Below are positions 49,501 to 62,382 of a stretch of DNA of 64,000 nt, one piece after another. Position 1 is the first letter of the stretch. Each line of letters opens with the position of its first letter. The stretch spans positions 2,108,001 through 2,172,000 of the forward strand of contig CM030338.1 of the NCBI GenBank assembly GCA_017654855.1. Reading direction: 5' to 3'. Origin of the DNA: Podospora anserina (Eukaryota). The position numbers and the translations under genes are program-made. Below the pieces are notes generated by a model, which worked only from the letters and a program-made list of their open reading frames with translations, was not told the DNA's origin and did not search any database.

Positions 49501-52500
49501 CATTGCATGCGCATGACAGCATCTTGATGCAGGTACGGAGTGCGGCCCCCCTCACAAGTTGTGCTGCTCCCTGCTTCTGCCGTGTTCAAGGGTCAAAGCT
49601 TCCTGCATAAACAGAAATTGAATCGAGGGGTTGCGGTAACCGAGCGAGCCTTGCCCGGATTTTCTTCCGCTACTCTACTGTCGAAAGAAAGCTGGAAAAA
49701 ACGAGGTGTACTAGCAGGGTAGAGATTTTCCCTCGCTTGTGTTAACCCCCCTCATTACGAAAACTAAACAAGTGAAAAATCTCTCAATCATATAAACCCG
49801 CCGGGGAGTTGTTGTCATGATGTAAAAGACAACCTCGGGATATCGGAGAAGAGATTCCCGAGTTGGGTATTTGCTCCTCCTGGCTGGCATTGGCAAATCA
49901 TGTTTTCGGAATCGCTTGCATACAATGAGAGGTTTTTTCGTGCTACGAAAGAGTTACACAAGCATAGAAGGAATGGAATGAGGAAGTCGGACGCTGTGCC
50001 ACTCGTTTTATACGATGGTGGTGATTTCCGGTGGTAAGGTAGCCTGCTACGCCAGAGTTTGTGTTGTTCAGCTGATCATTCTCCTCGAGCTTGGTTGATG
50101 ATGGGCAAAATTCCATGCTGAAGAAGCTGAAACAACAGATGCTTGCTGGTGATGGACTCAATTAGAATGGCAAACATGCCAAAAGGCCTTCGGCTCGTCG
50201 ACTCCGAAAGAAGAAAGCTGCTGTGAATGCCGCGGCCTGGAAAGGCATGGCATCGGCTATTTCTGGGAGGAGATGTTGGCTGTTGGCGGTGAGGTGGCAT
50301 GGCACTTGTGCGGTTCTGGTGTAGGGCCGATCCAAGCGCGATGGGTTGGATTTTCTTGTTCGTGTCAGCGAAACAGCCCTGATGATGACGGATAACGACC
50401 GTTGGTACCTGCGTCTGGCGGTGGAGTCGAGTTTGTCATCCTCAACCAACCTGCGCTTGCGCTTATGGCTTGGCAAGACCTGCGAGCTGGTGAAACAGAG
50501 GCAACATGCACTCATCTCAAGATGAGATGATGTCTCGGCAAGTCAGATGCTGTAGTGAGGATTTGAGACAGCAACAAAAAGTTGTGCCGCCGGACCGGGT
50601 CGGTAGGTTCTGACTGAGCATCTTGTCTTGAACTGAAGCAGATGCTGAGCAGCGTTGTTCTTGGCGCCGCAATGGCAAGGCTGCGCTACAAAGTTAGAAG
50701 CACTTGGCATCTCGGCTGACGGGTTTGACGTGGCCGGCTTTCACCTTCTGGAAGGAAAATAGCGTCCACACCAGCGTTTGGCGTTTTATTGCCTTGTCTT
50801 GCATTTTTGACAGTGTTTTGTCGGTGAAGTTGACCGTTGCATGTTTGTACATATCGTGACGCCAGCCTCCGGCATGTTTTGCCTCAAGGCGAAGCTGGAC
50901 AAGCAGGCTCCCAAAAAAATAACCCATCACATACCGGTACCTGATTTCATCCGGGGACGGCATTGCTCGCTCGCTTCTGTAAGATGTAGAATGCATGGTA
51001 ACCAGTACCGGAAACCAGAAACGCGAGATTGCAACGTCGAAGGTCTGTGTTGCGTTTCCTTGCGCTTGCGCTGCGATACCTACCATGATGTCTCTTGATG
51101 AGGGTCTGGTTTCGAGTTCTGGGCTAGGTGGCTAGTAAAAGGAGACATAACACTAGACCCGGAGGAGCCGCAACTCCTTCTCGCCGAATGTGGTGAAAGT
51201 TTGCGCAAACACAGGAGGCGCCGTTCTTTCCCCGAGTGTGCTACTGGACGATATTCTGTATGATACTGCCAATGTCAACAAATGACCGGCATGAGAAGAA
51301 AATACCATTCACTCTCTGTCTTCCACACCCACTCCTCGGGCCTCGGGGGTCAGCTAATAGTAGCGGGCTGGCCAATAGGAAGAGCCAGCTGAGCTGATTG
51401 GGCTGCCCAGAGACGGGACAGAGCCTTTCCATCAACCAGCAGTCCGTCGACTCGACGCAATCTTCGAAGCTCGAGTACCGCATCTCTGTGTAGCGTCTAT
51501 CAGCGCGTGTGCTGTGAAACAGTGTCATCTGAAGACAACAGACTCGCCGAGATGCCAACGTCTCGCTCCCGAGAAGCCATGCGGTGGATCGACGCCTCGT
51601 CAGATCTTCTTCGTCGCTTTTTCTTTTCTTTTCTTGGGGGAGACCCCGGCAGAACCGCCCCCTGTCGCGGTTCGGGGCCCAGGTGGACACGATCACGCAA
51701 GTCAACAAGGGTCGATCCCTGCAACCCTGGCACCTCCCATCCAACCTGAGCCTCCCTACCATGGCCCAGCAAGGCACGGGCACGGCAGACATCCTGCTTC
51801 TGCATGGCCTAACAACAAAGACCCGGGGACCCTCCACGCGAGCAAAACGCGTCCTCTGTGTACAGTTGCTACATTTAGCCGGTAAGCCCACCCATCTGAG
51901 CTGTGCCTGGCGAATCCCCAGCTTGCTCTTTTCGAGTCTTCCTTCGTCTTGTTTACTATCTATCTTGTCTTCTCCTTTTCCCACCAGCCAGCAAATAGCT
52001 GGGCTCTCCTTCGTTTGCAATTGCTGCCGGTCTGTCTCAAAGCAGCTACCCCCACCCCTACAAGCCGTTACATACCCAAACCACATCCGACTACCCGGGA
52101 TCAGCTTGAAGAGACCACCAAATAACGAGACCCGCTTCGTGATTTTTTTTTCCGTTCACACCATTCAATCAACCGAGCTTTTCAACTACAAACCGGTCTT
52201 GTCCAGTCTTGACCCGACTTCAAGATACTACTTACTCACTTATACGCCGGCTGAGCTGGAATGCAGCTGTCTTGGTGCCACGCCTACTGATCGCATGAAC
52301 ACACGGCTGGTAAACCACGTCTCACTTATACCCGCCGCTTCCCGAAGAACTTGGTTGACTCAGGAACCTTCCATAACCTCCACTCCATAGGGAACCTGGA
52401 TCCAGACCGGAGTGACGGTGCCGTGGTCAAAAGACTGAAGGAGGTCAAAGAGGGCGCCGGTATCTTGCATAACCACAGACCAGCAGCAAGCCACTTCAGC

Positions 52501-52627
52501 ATCTGTTTGCAAAGGGGGGTTCGTTGGGGACTGTAAGGGGGTAGTTGAATGAGACGACGACATAACTGCAACACTTCGTCGTGTCTCAGACTGGACCTTG
52601 GGTCCGAATATCAAAACCATTGCCGTC

Positions 52628-54061
52628 ATGGTAATCCCTCGCTCCCTTCCGGCTGTGCTGGGCGTCATTTCGATTCTGCCGACCGCGGCTATCCTGGCGA
52701 TACACAGCATCCTTGCTCGATCACGGGAAGACCGGGCTCCTGCGGTCAGAACCACGGCCATCATTGCCGCCATCCTCGAAGCCACTGTTCTTGCCGCCGT
52801 CACCGGTCTCACCTGCGCGCATATCGGCCCTTGGTCAGCACGATGGGCGAAATTCAACGGGCTGTTGTTCGGGGCAGGCTTGTTCCTATGCACAGTCGCT
52901 GCCGCTGTGTCAGTGGCCAACATGATCTGCCTGAGCAAGGTTGATGAGGATCCTGAGAGCACAATTCTGGGCTCTGGCGCGACAGGCTTCCTGGTTGGTT
53001 CATCGGTCGTCCTCGGCCTTGCTTTCGCAACACAGCTTGTTTTCTTGGTCTTCCACTTTGTTGCTGGGAGAGTTCGAGGGCCACGGATCAAGGTGACTGT
53101 ACACAAGGACCAGGACCGAAGCAGATCGCCTCCCCGGGTGAAATCCATTGCCTACCACGAGACCAGCCCAAGTCTTGTTTCTGGGAAAGCCCGCGACAGC
53201 GCATCATTCGAGAAGACACCGCCTGGATCCAGTGCCGGACGCTCGACAGCGGAGACGATAAGCTCCTTTCGAAGCTCGCTATCAAACGTGGTCCGGCCCA
53301 TCTCCTCCAAGACTCGTTTGCTGTCTCAACGAGGGCGCCGTCCAGCCTCGTTAGACCTCCCATCATTCCACGAACAGACAAGAACGACGGAGGAAGGGTT
53401 CGATTCATGGGATACATCGGCGGTTGATCCACAAAACCGACAGACCGTCTTGGCATCGTCTTCACCACCGCTGGGCCGTTTCCTCGAGACAATACCGGCT
53501 AGCCCCACCACCAGTCGAAGTCCGAGCCCTGGCACACCGTTAGACCTCTTGGAGCCCCCTTCTCGCACCAGAAGACGAAGCCGAACATTGAGTCCAGCCC
53601 CAAGCAGAGTGTCCCAGGCACAGCGGACAGCCTTTACACAACATTCTACCCAGAGCGAGTCTCACATCCACCCGCTCTTCAGATCCGATTCGCCTATTCC
53701 TCCACCACCCATCGTAACACCAGGGACTGTTGTGGTTGCTGCACCAAACGGGGGACAGATCCTCAGCGATAGGCAAAGCATCCGAAGTATCAAGAGTCTC
53801 CGTCGAATGCGAAGCGGGAGTCTTCCAGGCGTTCCAAGCCCATTGAGTCGGCAAGGGTCCGTTGAATCTTTCCACCGCAAACCTGATACCCACTCACCAG
53901 AGATTCGTGAGGAGGATGAATACCTGACCCCCGAGGGGACGACACCGGTGCTGGAGACGGAGCGGAAGATGACACCGCCAATTCCTGATTGGATTCTGTC
54001 TGCCGGGTCTCGGACGAGCCTGACCACCTACCACAGCCGGAAGATCCATCTTCCAGGCTGA
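52628..54061 (+). CDS. Fungal hypothetical membrane protein (about 4 N-terminal TM helices, long Ser/Pro/Arg-rich tail)
   Basis: First in-frame ATG at 52628 in good context (gtcATGg). Four hydrophobic segments, then motifs FDSWDTS, ESHIHPLFRSDSP and TPPIPDWILSAG. Confidence 0.82.
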   Translation: MVIPRSLPAVLGVISILPTAAILAIHSILARSREDRAPAVRTTAIIAAILEATVLAAVTGLTCAHIGPWSARWAKFNGLLFGAGLFLCTVAAAVSVANMICLSKVDEDPESTILGSGATGFLVGSSVVLGLAFATQLVFLVFHFVAGRVRGPRIKVTVHKDQDRSRSPPRVKSIAYHETSPSLVSGKARDSASFEKTPPGSSAGRSTAETISSFRSSLSNVVRPISSKTRLLSQRGRRPASLDLPSFHEQTRTTEEGFDSWDTSAVDPQNRQTVLASSSPPLGRFLETIPASPTTSRSPSPGTPLDLLEPPSRTRRRSRTLSPAPSRVSQAQRTAFTQHSTQSESHIHPLFRSDSPIPPPPIVTPGTVVVAAPNGGQILSDRQSIRSIKSLRRMRSGSLPGVPSPLSRQGSVESFHRKPDTHSPEIREEDEYLTPEGTTPVLETERKMTPPIPDWILSAGSRTSLTTYHSRKIHLPG

Positions 54062-54857
54062 AGTGAAGAAGCTTCTGGTGGCGCTGCACCCAGCCCGCAG
54101 TAGGGTTATGCTTCAGTTGTTCTGTGGCACTTGTGACGACAAAACTTTGTCACCACGCCACATACCTTCATTTTTTTTTCTGTGTATCAAACTTTTTGCT
54201 TTCTTTGGGTAGGGCGGCTTGGTGTTGCTGAGGAGTGGGGAGATACCAATCATGATTGAAACTTTTGCTTTAGCGTGGCGTTGACACCGGTACTTGGCCT
54301 GAGGGAACAGGCTGGAAGGAACAGGACAATGGCGTTTGGTGGAATGGTTGATGACTATGAGACATGACAGGAGACATAGATTTCATTTGGTTCATCATCG
54401 GATTGGGAAGGGTAGTCGTCTGGAGATAGGGACTCTTGAAAATAAACAAAAGAAATTATTGATGGACATGATGTCTCAAATCAAAGCAAGTGAGTGATAG
54501 GTAAGGAAGGCACATGTAGTAGGTGACAATTGACAGCAAGTGAAGGTTAGGTTAGGTTGATTGTGAGGGGAAGGTAAAGCTACGGTAGGTCCGCTGACCA
54601 GAGTGGGGCTAGGCATCAGGACGCGCGCACCCACTGCCACTTCACTGCCGCCTTCTTTTGGCCTGGAATTCCATCCAGCATATTTTAAGCTGCTAGCAAC
54701 AGGCAACTCCAGGTTTTGCCACAAAACACCACCACGACCCCTCGACCGCTGAATATCGATACATATTCGATTCAGCATCAATACAGCTCCGTACTGCGCT
54801 TAATCTATCACCTCCATCCACAGGCAGTCATACGGAATCTTTCCTGGATCGCCCATC

Positions 54858-56484
54858 ATGAAGGTCAATTTCAAGGTACGTGCTGTCACCGGTGGTAGCC
54901 AGCTGCTTTTCGATAGCTGCGATAGCACCTTTGGAATCCTCAATCAATCACATCGCCGTGGTCAATGCTAACATATTGTGCTTATCCATAGGACCTCAAG
55001 CAGCAGAAGTTCACCATCGAGTTTGAGCCCACCGATCTCGTGAGTTACCCCTCATCATCCCTCAACCCTTGCTGCCGCCAACAGCTGCCCCCCGCCACCG
55101 AACCTCCAATGTCGAGACAGCCTGTTACAGGTTACAGTCCGGTCCAAGAACCACGGATGCCTACTATCGCTTTCAAGATCACCGCTGACAATAGCTCTAT
55201 CAGATCTCGACGGTGAAGCAGAAGCTCTCTGAGGACCATGGCTGGGATCCTGCGCTCCAAAAGCTCATCTATTCAGGTAAAAAGCTATGACGCATCCGTC
55301 CGCTACCGGTTCCCGCAACTAACCCATCCGCCCACTGCAGGCAAGATTCTGAAGGATGAGGATACCATCGAGTCTTGCAAGATCGAGGAGAAGGGCTTTG
55401 TTGTTTGTATGGTGAGCAAGGTAAGTAAATTCTGACATTTTGGCTGTCCACTGGTCACGGCTAACCGCAGACAAAATGACAGCCCAAGGCGCCCAAGCCA
55501 GCTCCTGCCGCCGAGTCTTCTTCCGTCGTCCCGGCCACACCTGCTCAAGCCGCCCCGGCCTCTACCCCAGCGCCCCCAGCTGCCCCAGCTCAAGTATCAA
55601 ATGCCGCCTCAGCTGCTCCTGCCACCCCCAGCCCAAATCGGACTAGTGGTGCCCCCAACGACTCGAGTGCTCTGGCTATGGGAGAGCAGCGTGCACAGGC
55701 TATTGCCAACATGGAGGCCATGGGTTTCGAGCGATCCCAGATCGACGCTGCTATGCGTGCCGCCTTCTTCAACCCCGAGCGTGCGGTTGAGTACTTGTTG
55801 ACGGTATGTTTGAGTGTACCAAGAGATCGGCGATTGCGGCATGTGCAGATGTGACTAACTTGTATAACCCAGGGCATTCCCGAGAACGTTCAACAACAAA
55901 CAGCTGCCCAGCGCGTGGGTCATGCCATCCCCCCCCCCGCCCCTGCTGCTGCGAGCCCCGCCCCTGCGTCTGCTGGTGAGGCTGCTGGTGACCTTGAGGG
56001 AGAAAATTTGTTTGACCTTGCTGCTCGTGCTGGTGGTGCCCGCAGCGGAAGTGGTGGAGCTGCTGCCGCCGGAGCGAGCGCGCAAGATCTTGGCAACCTA
56101 AGCTGGCTTAGACAGAACGCTCAGTTCCAACAGCTTCGCCAAGTCGTCCAACAACAGCCCGGCATGCTCGAGCAGATTCTTCAGCAGCTCAGTGCTGGTA
56201 ACCCACAACTCGCCCAGACGATCGCCCAGAACCCCGAGCAGTTCCTCCAGTTGCTTAGTGAGCACGGTGATGACGATGCGCCGCTCCCCCCTGGAGCCCA
56301 CCAGATTTCGGTCACAGAGGAGGAGCGTGACGCCATTGAGCGGTTGACTCGGCTAGGATTCAGCCAGGACCAGGCCATCCAGGCGTATTTTGCCTGCGAG
56401 AAGAACGAGGAGTTGGCTGCGAACTTCTTGTTCGACCAGCCCGATGACGATGATGATGACATGGGCGGCACCGGTACTCACTAA
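54858..56484 (+). CDS. RAD23: UV excision repair / proteasome shuttle protein Rad23
   Basis: Six exons: 54858-54875, 54992-55039, 55204-55276, 55341-55420, 55483-55803 and 55873-56484. Domains: UBL (MKVNFKDLKQQKF...QKLIYSGKILKD), UBA1 (MGFERSQIDAAMRAAFFNPERAVEYLL), XPC-binding (FQQLRQVVQQQP) and UBA2 (AYFACEKNEELAANFLF). Confidence 0.96.
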
Positions 56485-57079
56485 TTTTCTTCTAATTCGC
56501 CTTTGCTTTGGGATTGCGGGGTTATTCGGGATATCCAGGCAGGAATGGTTATGCGGGGTGGAGATGGGCGGAGGCTTTTAGCTTTTTGTTTTCACTGGTG
56601 AGGTGAGGCAGGCAGAAAGTTAAAAGCGAAGGTCTATTATTGATAGCAAGATACCAAACAGCTAGGTTTTTCTCCAACTGGAAGTCTGAGTGCCAGTGAT
56701 CTGTGATGCTAGACTCTGGGGATGGAAGACGGGAAAATTTTGAGGTGGAGGGAGAGAGAGAGAAAGTGCTCAACATCTCTTTTATGCCTGCGAGTGATAT
56801 GAAGGGGTTGGGAACCATCATTAGCTGTGTAGACTCTAGTACCCAACTCGGGCATACTATTAGCAGGTCACTGGCGGCTCATTTCAGACAGGGTAATAAA
56901 AACATCGCTTTGATTCCTTCCGATAAATAAAGCTATGGGTATCAATGAATCGAAATAAATGCGAGAAACCCTTACAAATACCAGCACATCTATCTACCTG
57001 GGTTCCTATTTTGCCTGTGGGTCTCGTAACCACGACCGAATCCTTTCTATCCCCCCCCCCGTAAACACCACAATGTGCC

Positions 57080-59002
57080 TCACCAAACCCCCTGCTCCAC
57101 CTTTTTCTTCCCCCTCCGCCCACTCTTCTTCTTTGCCTCCTCCAGTTCCTTGAGCATCTTCTCCTCCTTCCTCTTTTCTTCTTCCCTCTTCTCCCTCTCC
57201 ACCGCCTCCTCCCTCTCCTCAAACTCTTTCCTCTGCTCCTCCAGCTCCTTCTCGATGTCGTCCGTCGTCTCAAACTCCTGCTTCGTCTTCTCCTTCACCT
57301 CCTCAATCCTCATCGGCTGCTTCACCTCCCCGACCAACGCGCTCTTCACCCTCGCCGGATTTTGCCTCTCCTCCCGATTGAATTTCAGCTTGATGTGCTT
57401 CCTCGTCTTGCCAGGAAACATTTTCGAAATCAGCTCAAAGTCCGTCCCGAATCTCGAAAGCGCCCAGTAAAACTGGTCAGTGTCGGCGTCGGACCATTGA
57501 CCTGGTTTCAGGGCGCGGCGGAGATAAGTCTGCTGGGTGGTGTGGTTGGTGAAATCATTGACTTCCACCTCTTCCAGATTCCCCTCCGCTTCTCTCGCTC
57601 TGGCATGCCGATCAATTTGGAGAGATGACTGGTTGAGCACGATTTCTCCGTCAATGATCTGGTATTGTTCTCCTACCGGGGCTGTCACTGCCACCGGGCG
57701 GGCAAACTCCCCTTCATCATCATCATTACCCCCCGGCAAGGGGGTGTCGGCGTTCAAAGTTTGAGGTTGCCCATCATTGTCGTTGTTTTCCCCACCCTCC
57801 TCGGCACCATTACCCCTCCCCTTCTTCCTCTTCTCATTCGCCTTCAGTTTCTTCACCCGTTCCCTCTCCAAAAGGGTATCATGAAGAGAAAACTTCTTGC
57901 CGATCCGGAGGTCCTTGGCTAGGTCGGCCATTTTGAACTCGTCTTCGTCTACAACTTGCTCTTCGGCGTTTTCGGGTGTTACCTCACGCTGAGCACGTGG
58001 GGCGCGGGAGTTGGCTCGGGATTGGGTTGCTTCTCCTTCGGGGGTCTCCCCATCTTCGGCGGCGACTGCGGCCCTGGTGCGCTTTTGACGGGGTTTTCTG
58101 GCTGCTTTGGCGGCTTGGTATGCTTCGTAGCCTTCCTCGCCTGGGAGGGGGACGGCTCGTCTGCGGGCTCGCTTTCTTGGGGCGGGGGTGCTTGTGTTTG
58201 CTTCGCCGGCCTCCTCATTCTCAGCTGTTTCTGCAGTGGGTTCTTCGATGGCTGTGTCGGCTTTGCGTTTCCGGGGGACCCGGGGCTTGGGTTTGGGCTT
58301 CGGCTTTGGGGCTTGGGATGGTCCAGAGGTGCTCGGTTCGGGTGGTTGAGAGGGACCAGAGGTGGGTTCGGCGGGCTGCTCAGCTACAGGCTCAACGGAG
58401 GCGACAACATCTTCTGTGCTAGGTGTAGCTTCTTTGGGGGGTGGAGCTTCAGAGATAGTCGATGCTCCTGAGGAGGAGGTAGCTGATGAAGCTTGCTCGG
58501 GCACCGAAGGCGTAGGCGCAGGGGTGAGCGCCGGGGCAGGAGCTGCTGGAGGAGGAACTGACACAGCGGCCGATTTCGACGCTCTCACGGGTTTGGGTGC
58601 GGTTGGACGGGCATGCCTGGGCGATACCGGCGTGGGCAATGGAGCAGTTGACGCCGGGGTCTCGGCCTGAGAGGGTGTAGCATCATCCTGGCTCTGGATA
58701 CTTGATACTCCCGCAGCAGAAGTCGTGGTGCTAATTGGTGACGGCTCTCTCACTTCAGAGTGCTGTGTCTGGCCCTGAGCTGAAGGTGTCTCGACATCTT
58801 GAGGAGGGGCATTGTCGACGGCCGGAGGAGCGGCCTCAGTAGGGGCGCTGGGTGGGGGCGGGGTCGGGTTTGCGTCCTCTTGCTGAGAGGCAGCTGGAGT
58901 AGAAGCTGGAGTATTCGAGGAGGAAGGCCTCGAGGCAGGAGGAGGGCGTTTCCCTTTCGGCTTGGGTCCCGGCTTGAACTTGCTCTTGTTGTTCGCCAAC
59001 AT
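57080..59002 (-). CDS. BDP1: TFIIIB B'' subunit Bdp1
   Basis: 640-aa ORF with MADLAKDLRIGK, IIDGEIVLNQSSLQIDR and the SANT domain WSDADTDQFYWALSRFGTDFELISKMFPGKTRKHIKLKFNREER. Confidence 0.92.
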   Translation of the reverse strand: MLANNKSKFKPGPKPKGKRPPPASRPSSSNTPASTPAASQQEDANPTPPPPSAPTEAAPPAVDNAPPQDVETPSAQGQTQHSEVREPSPISTTTSAAGVSSIQSQDDATPSQAETPASTAPLPTPVSPRHARPTAPKPVRASKSAAVSVPPPAAPAPALTPAPTPSVPEQASSATSSSGASTISEAPPPKEATPSTEDVVASVEPVAEQPAEPTSGPSQPPEPSTSGPSQAPKPKPKPKPRVPRKRKADTAIEEPTAETAENEEAGEANTSTPAPRKRARRRAVPLPGEEGYEAYQAAKAARKPRQKRTRAAVAAEDGETPEGEATQSRANSRAPRAQREVTPENAEEQVVDEDEFKMADLAKDLRIGKKFSLHDTLLERERVKKLKANEKRKKGRGNGAEEGGENNDNDGQPQTLNADTPLPGGNDDDEGEFARPVAVTAPVGEQYQIIDGEIVLNQSSLQIDRHARAREAEGNLEEVEVNDFTNHTTQQTYLRRALKPGQWSDADTDQFYWALSRFGTDFELISKMFPGKTRKHIKLKFNREERQNPARVKSALVGEVKQPMRIEEVKEKTKQEFETTDDIEKELEEQRKEFEEREEAVEREKREEEKRKEEKMLKELEEAKKKSGRRGKKKVEQGVW

Positions 59003-59620
59003 CGTGCCAACTCACTGCCCCGCACTGGGCACCTTTGTGGCCTTTGAGTTACTGAAATCCACGGCAGTCTTGGGGCATTTGCCGCCGGTCGGGTCGCTGA
59101 TTGCCGCCGCAATAAATGATGTCAAAAGCCAAATAGATGTCTTCGCGAGAAGAATCAAATTGGCGTGCTTCTGAGCAGTGGGATCTAGTTGATGGTTTCG
59201 GGAATGATGGCTGGCCGAGTGGAAAAGTGTTGGATTAGGTGAAAAGCACGTCGGAACAGAGCTGGGACGCACATAAGAAATGCAGTCCCCACCAAGCTGC
59301 CCCGCTAGAGCCGAAACAGGACTAGCGGCCTCAAAAAGGAGCCATCTCTGGGAATTCCTTGGCGAACTTGCAGTCGAAGTCAGCGGGCTCTCTTTCTCTC
59401 TTGTCTCTGCTTCTTCCAATTCCAAACTCGCTCACGCTCCCACGCTCATTCATTCTTCCCATCATTGGAGCACCGCCGGGCCACACAGACGCCGAAACCC
59501 ACTGACCCCGATTTCCACTCGTACTTTATTTTAATCATCTTAATCTTTTCCCCCCGCCCTGATCGACCCTTTCCTTTGGCTTTTGCAAGTCAAAAATCCA
59601 AATCTCGCGCGGCCATTCTG

Positions 59621-62382
59621 ATGCCGGTTGCCACCTCCCCGTCCGCGTTGCCTCGTCCGTCCAGCTTTGCCAAGATGGAGGACAGGAAGAGACCCGCGTC
59701 CGGCGCGGTCGACGAAGTAGCTCCCCCGAGCAAGCGCCATCAGGTCAACGGCAGCGGAAAGTCCAAGGATGACTCTGGCGACATGAAAGAAGAGGCCTGG
59801 ATTGAGGTGAGTCGTCACACGACAGCCGTCCCTTCCCCCGCGTCATCACCACCTGCCCCGGCCATCCAGCATCCTCTCTCCTATCCCCATCCCTCCTCAT
59901 TCCTATTCCGGCACTCATCGAGCAGGCCACTCGGACCCCTGCTCTGCCATCGCGCGCCAACCAGTTTGCGGCCCTGCCGAGTGATGGGTGACAGTCTCCA
60001 TCCAGCGCGATGTTTCTGCACGAGTTGCTCGCCTTGACCGCGGCTAATGCGTGGCCTGCTGCCAAATAAACAGCGCGCCCGAGTTCTACCAGGTTTCCTC
60101 TAGTGTCTCATCACTGCTCATCACTCTTACTTCGCTGTCTCCGCTACGATGTGTATACACGTTCCTCTCGGCCGAGTACTAGGGTGATGGTTTTGGCTGA
60201 CAAGTTTGCGGTACATGTAGGAATATACCAAGGGCGCCATATATCGCCAGATGCAAGAGTACAAACGAGAAAAAGCAAGCCTTGAAAGTCGCGTACAGGA
60301 GCTCGAAAAGAACCACACCGACCACGACGACCATATCCGAGTTGTCGACGCCTGGCTACATCAGGTGAGTTTGCTGCCACATTTTTCCGTTCGGAACACC
60401 GCAGCTAATGCGCCACAACTAGTTACTGCAAGAAATAGAGTTACTCGTCGATGGCACAGTATCATCTCGCTCTCCGTCAGGTACGAAATCCTTGTCAAGT
60501 CTTATCCAGTATCCACTTCTGACTTTGTTAGACTCGCCATTCCCATCGTCAACCGCACTCGGCTTTAAGGACAGCAAGGAGTTCCAGAGACATTTGGGTG
60601 ACAAGGGCAAAGCTTTCAAATCCAAGGCCGAATCCATTTTTCAGCGTCTAGCAAGCTCACGTGGCGAGGTAAAGCCAGACGTTGCCAAGCTTGAATCTCA
60701 GCTCAAGACGGCACTCGCGCAACAAAAGGAGTTACATCTGAAGCTGGACAGGCTCGAGTCGGATAAGGCGCTTCTCTCGGAACAATATGACCAAGCAACG
60801 CTGAAAGCAATCAAGGCGGAGAGAAAACTAGACCGTGTGAGAAGCGTCCAGGTTCAAAAGCTGGAACAAAAGGCCCTGGCCAGTGCGACGACACGGCCAG
60901 TCAAGACAGAGGAAAATGGTGATTCTTCCGACGACACCGATGGCAACACCAGCGAGTTGAAGGCACTTTACAAGGAGGCGCAAGCTGTTGTCAACAGGCA
61001 AAAGTTGCAGATCGAGGCCATTATCTCCGAAAACAAGGCCCTCATGGAAGAGAACTCGACCTTCAAAACCAAGAGGGAAAGTGTCTCTGATGAAGATTAT
61101 GTTCGAACAGACGTTTTCAAGCATTTCAAGCTCCAGAATGAGGATCTTATCAAGCGCATCAACCATCTGGAAGCCACTAACAAGCAGCTGCGCGAGGAGG
61201 CCGAGAAGCTACGAGCAGAAAGGTCTGACTGGCAAGTTAAGGTGGAGGCCGAGGCTCAGCTCGTAGTGTCCGAGGCGGAGGACCAAATACAGGCAAAGGA
61301 TCAGGACCTTACGCGGATTCGAGCTGCCAGAGACGACTTGGTAGCTGAGTTGGCCATGCGCAAGGCCGCTCAGGATCAAGAAAGGGCCGCCTTGGATCAA
61401 ATGAAGGAACTCGTGAACGCCAAGATGGATCGCATCACCCAACTTGAATCTGAGCTGGAACGACTGCGACCAAGTGAGGACGTGGTCATGACCGACGCGC
61501 AACCGAATCTCGAATCTTTGTCGATTGAGGAGCTCCGGGCAAAGTGCGCCAAACTCGAGAAGGACTATGCCTCGATCAATACGGAACTTCCGCTTCTGGA
61601 GAAGTCGTACAAAAAGGCCATGGTGCTCGCGCATTCCAAAACCATGGACAATAACGCTGTCGAAGAGCGCATCAACACGCTCATGGCCGAGAAAGCCAAA
61701 GCGGACCAGAAGTACTTTGCGGCACGGAAAGACATGGATATTCGGCTTCAGGAGATCCGTACCTTGCGTTCGCAAAACTCAAGGAGCTCCGAAATCATCG
61801 CACAGCTCAAGGACGTGGAGCATTCCACGAGAAGTGTCATCAGCAACCTGGAGAAGCAAATTGCAACTCTCAAGACCGAGGCCGCAAGCATGGCAGCGGA
61901 GAAGAAGAGGCTTGAGTTGTTGACAGCGGAAGCGACCAGAAGAGCCGACTCGGTCAAGGGCCAGATTGCCAATTTGACCGAACTGCTCAAGGCCAAGGAC
62001 GCCACAGTGACTAGCATGAAGGAGCAAACTATGAGCCGGGAGCAAGAGCTGGACAAGATCAAGGCACGGTTGGAGGAGAAGAACTCGGAAATTAGCAAAC
62101 TGAGGGCCAAGTGTCGCGGCAACTCAACCGATGAAGAGGAGGCTTTGCGGGTAGGTTTTTTTTTCGTCTCTGTCATGCGCATGAGAGTGGAAGCTAACAT
62201 TTTGACAGAACTTGGTTATTTGCTCTGTTTGCCGCAGCAATTTCAAAAACACGATACTGAAGGGATGTGGTCATGTTTTCTGCAACAGCTGCGTGGACGA
62301 CCGGCTGGCCAACCGAATGCGCAAGTGCCCGAGCTGCAACAAGGCGTTTGACCGATCCGATGCCATGGCGGCCCACCTTTAG
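59621..62382 (+). CDS. BRE1: E3 ubiquitin ligase Bre1 (H2B monoubiquitination)
   Basis: Exons 59621(or 59675)-59806, 60221-60364, 60423-60480, 60532-62150 and 62209-62382. Contains [35 protein letters not shown], long coiled coils and a C-terminal C3HC4 RING (CSVC...CGHVFCNSC...RKCPSC). Stop TAG at 62380-62382. Confidence 0.95.

Noticed and set aside
46900-52400. ORFs of 100-280 aa in the long intergenic region (e.g. 47386-48003, 50162-50515, 51241-52086, 51584-52390)
   Set aside because: No codon style like the real genes, no domains, several non-ATG starts, and no transposon or RIP-relic hallmarks seen.
54059-54103. Peptide-like SEEASGGAAPSPQ* after the TGA of the membrane-protein gene
   Set aside because: Only 13 codons, and the stop is TGA (G at -1 of the A, poor editing context); consistent with chance.
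55461-55482. Alternative CAG acceptor at 55468-55470 in RAD23 intron 4
   Set aside because: Very close to the branch point and would introduce an in-frame TGA; the downstream CAG at 55480-55482 gives the sensible protein.
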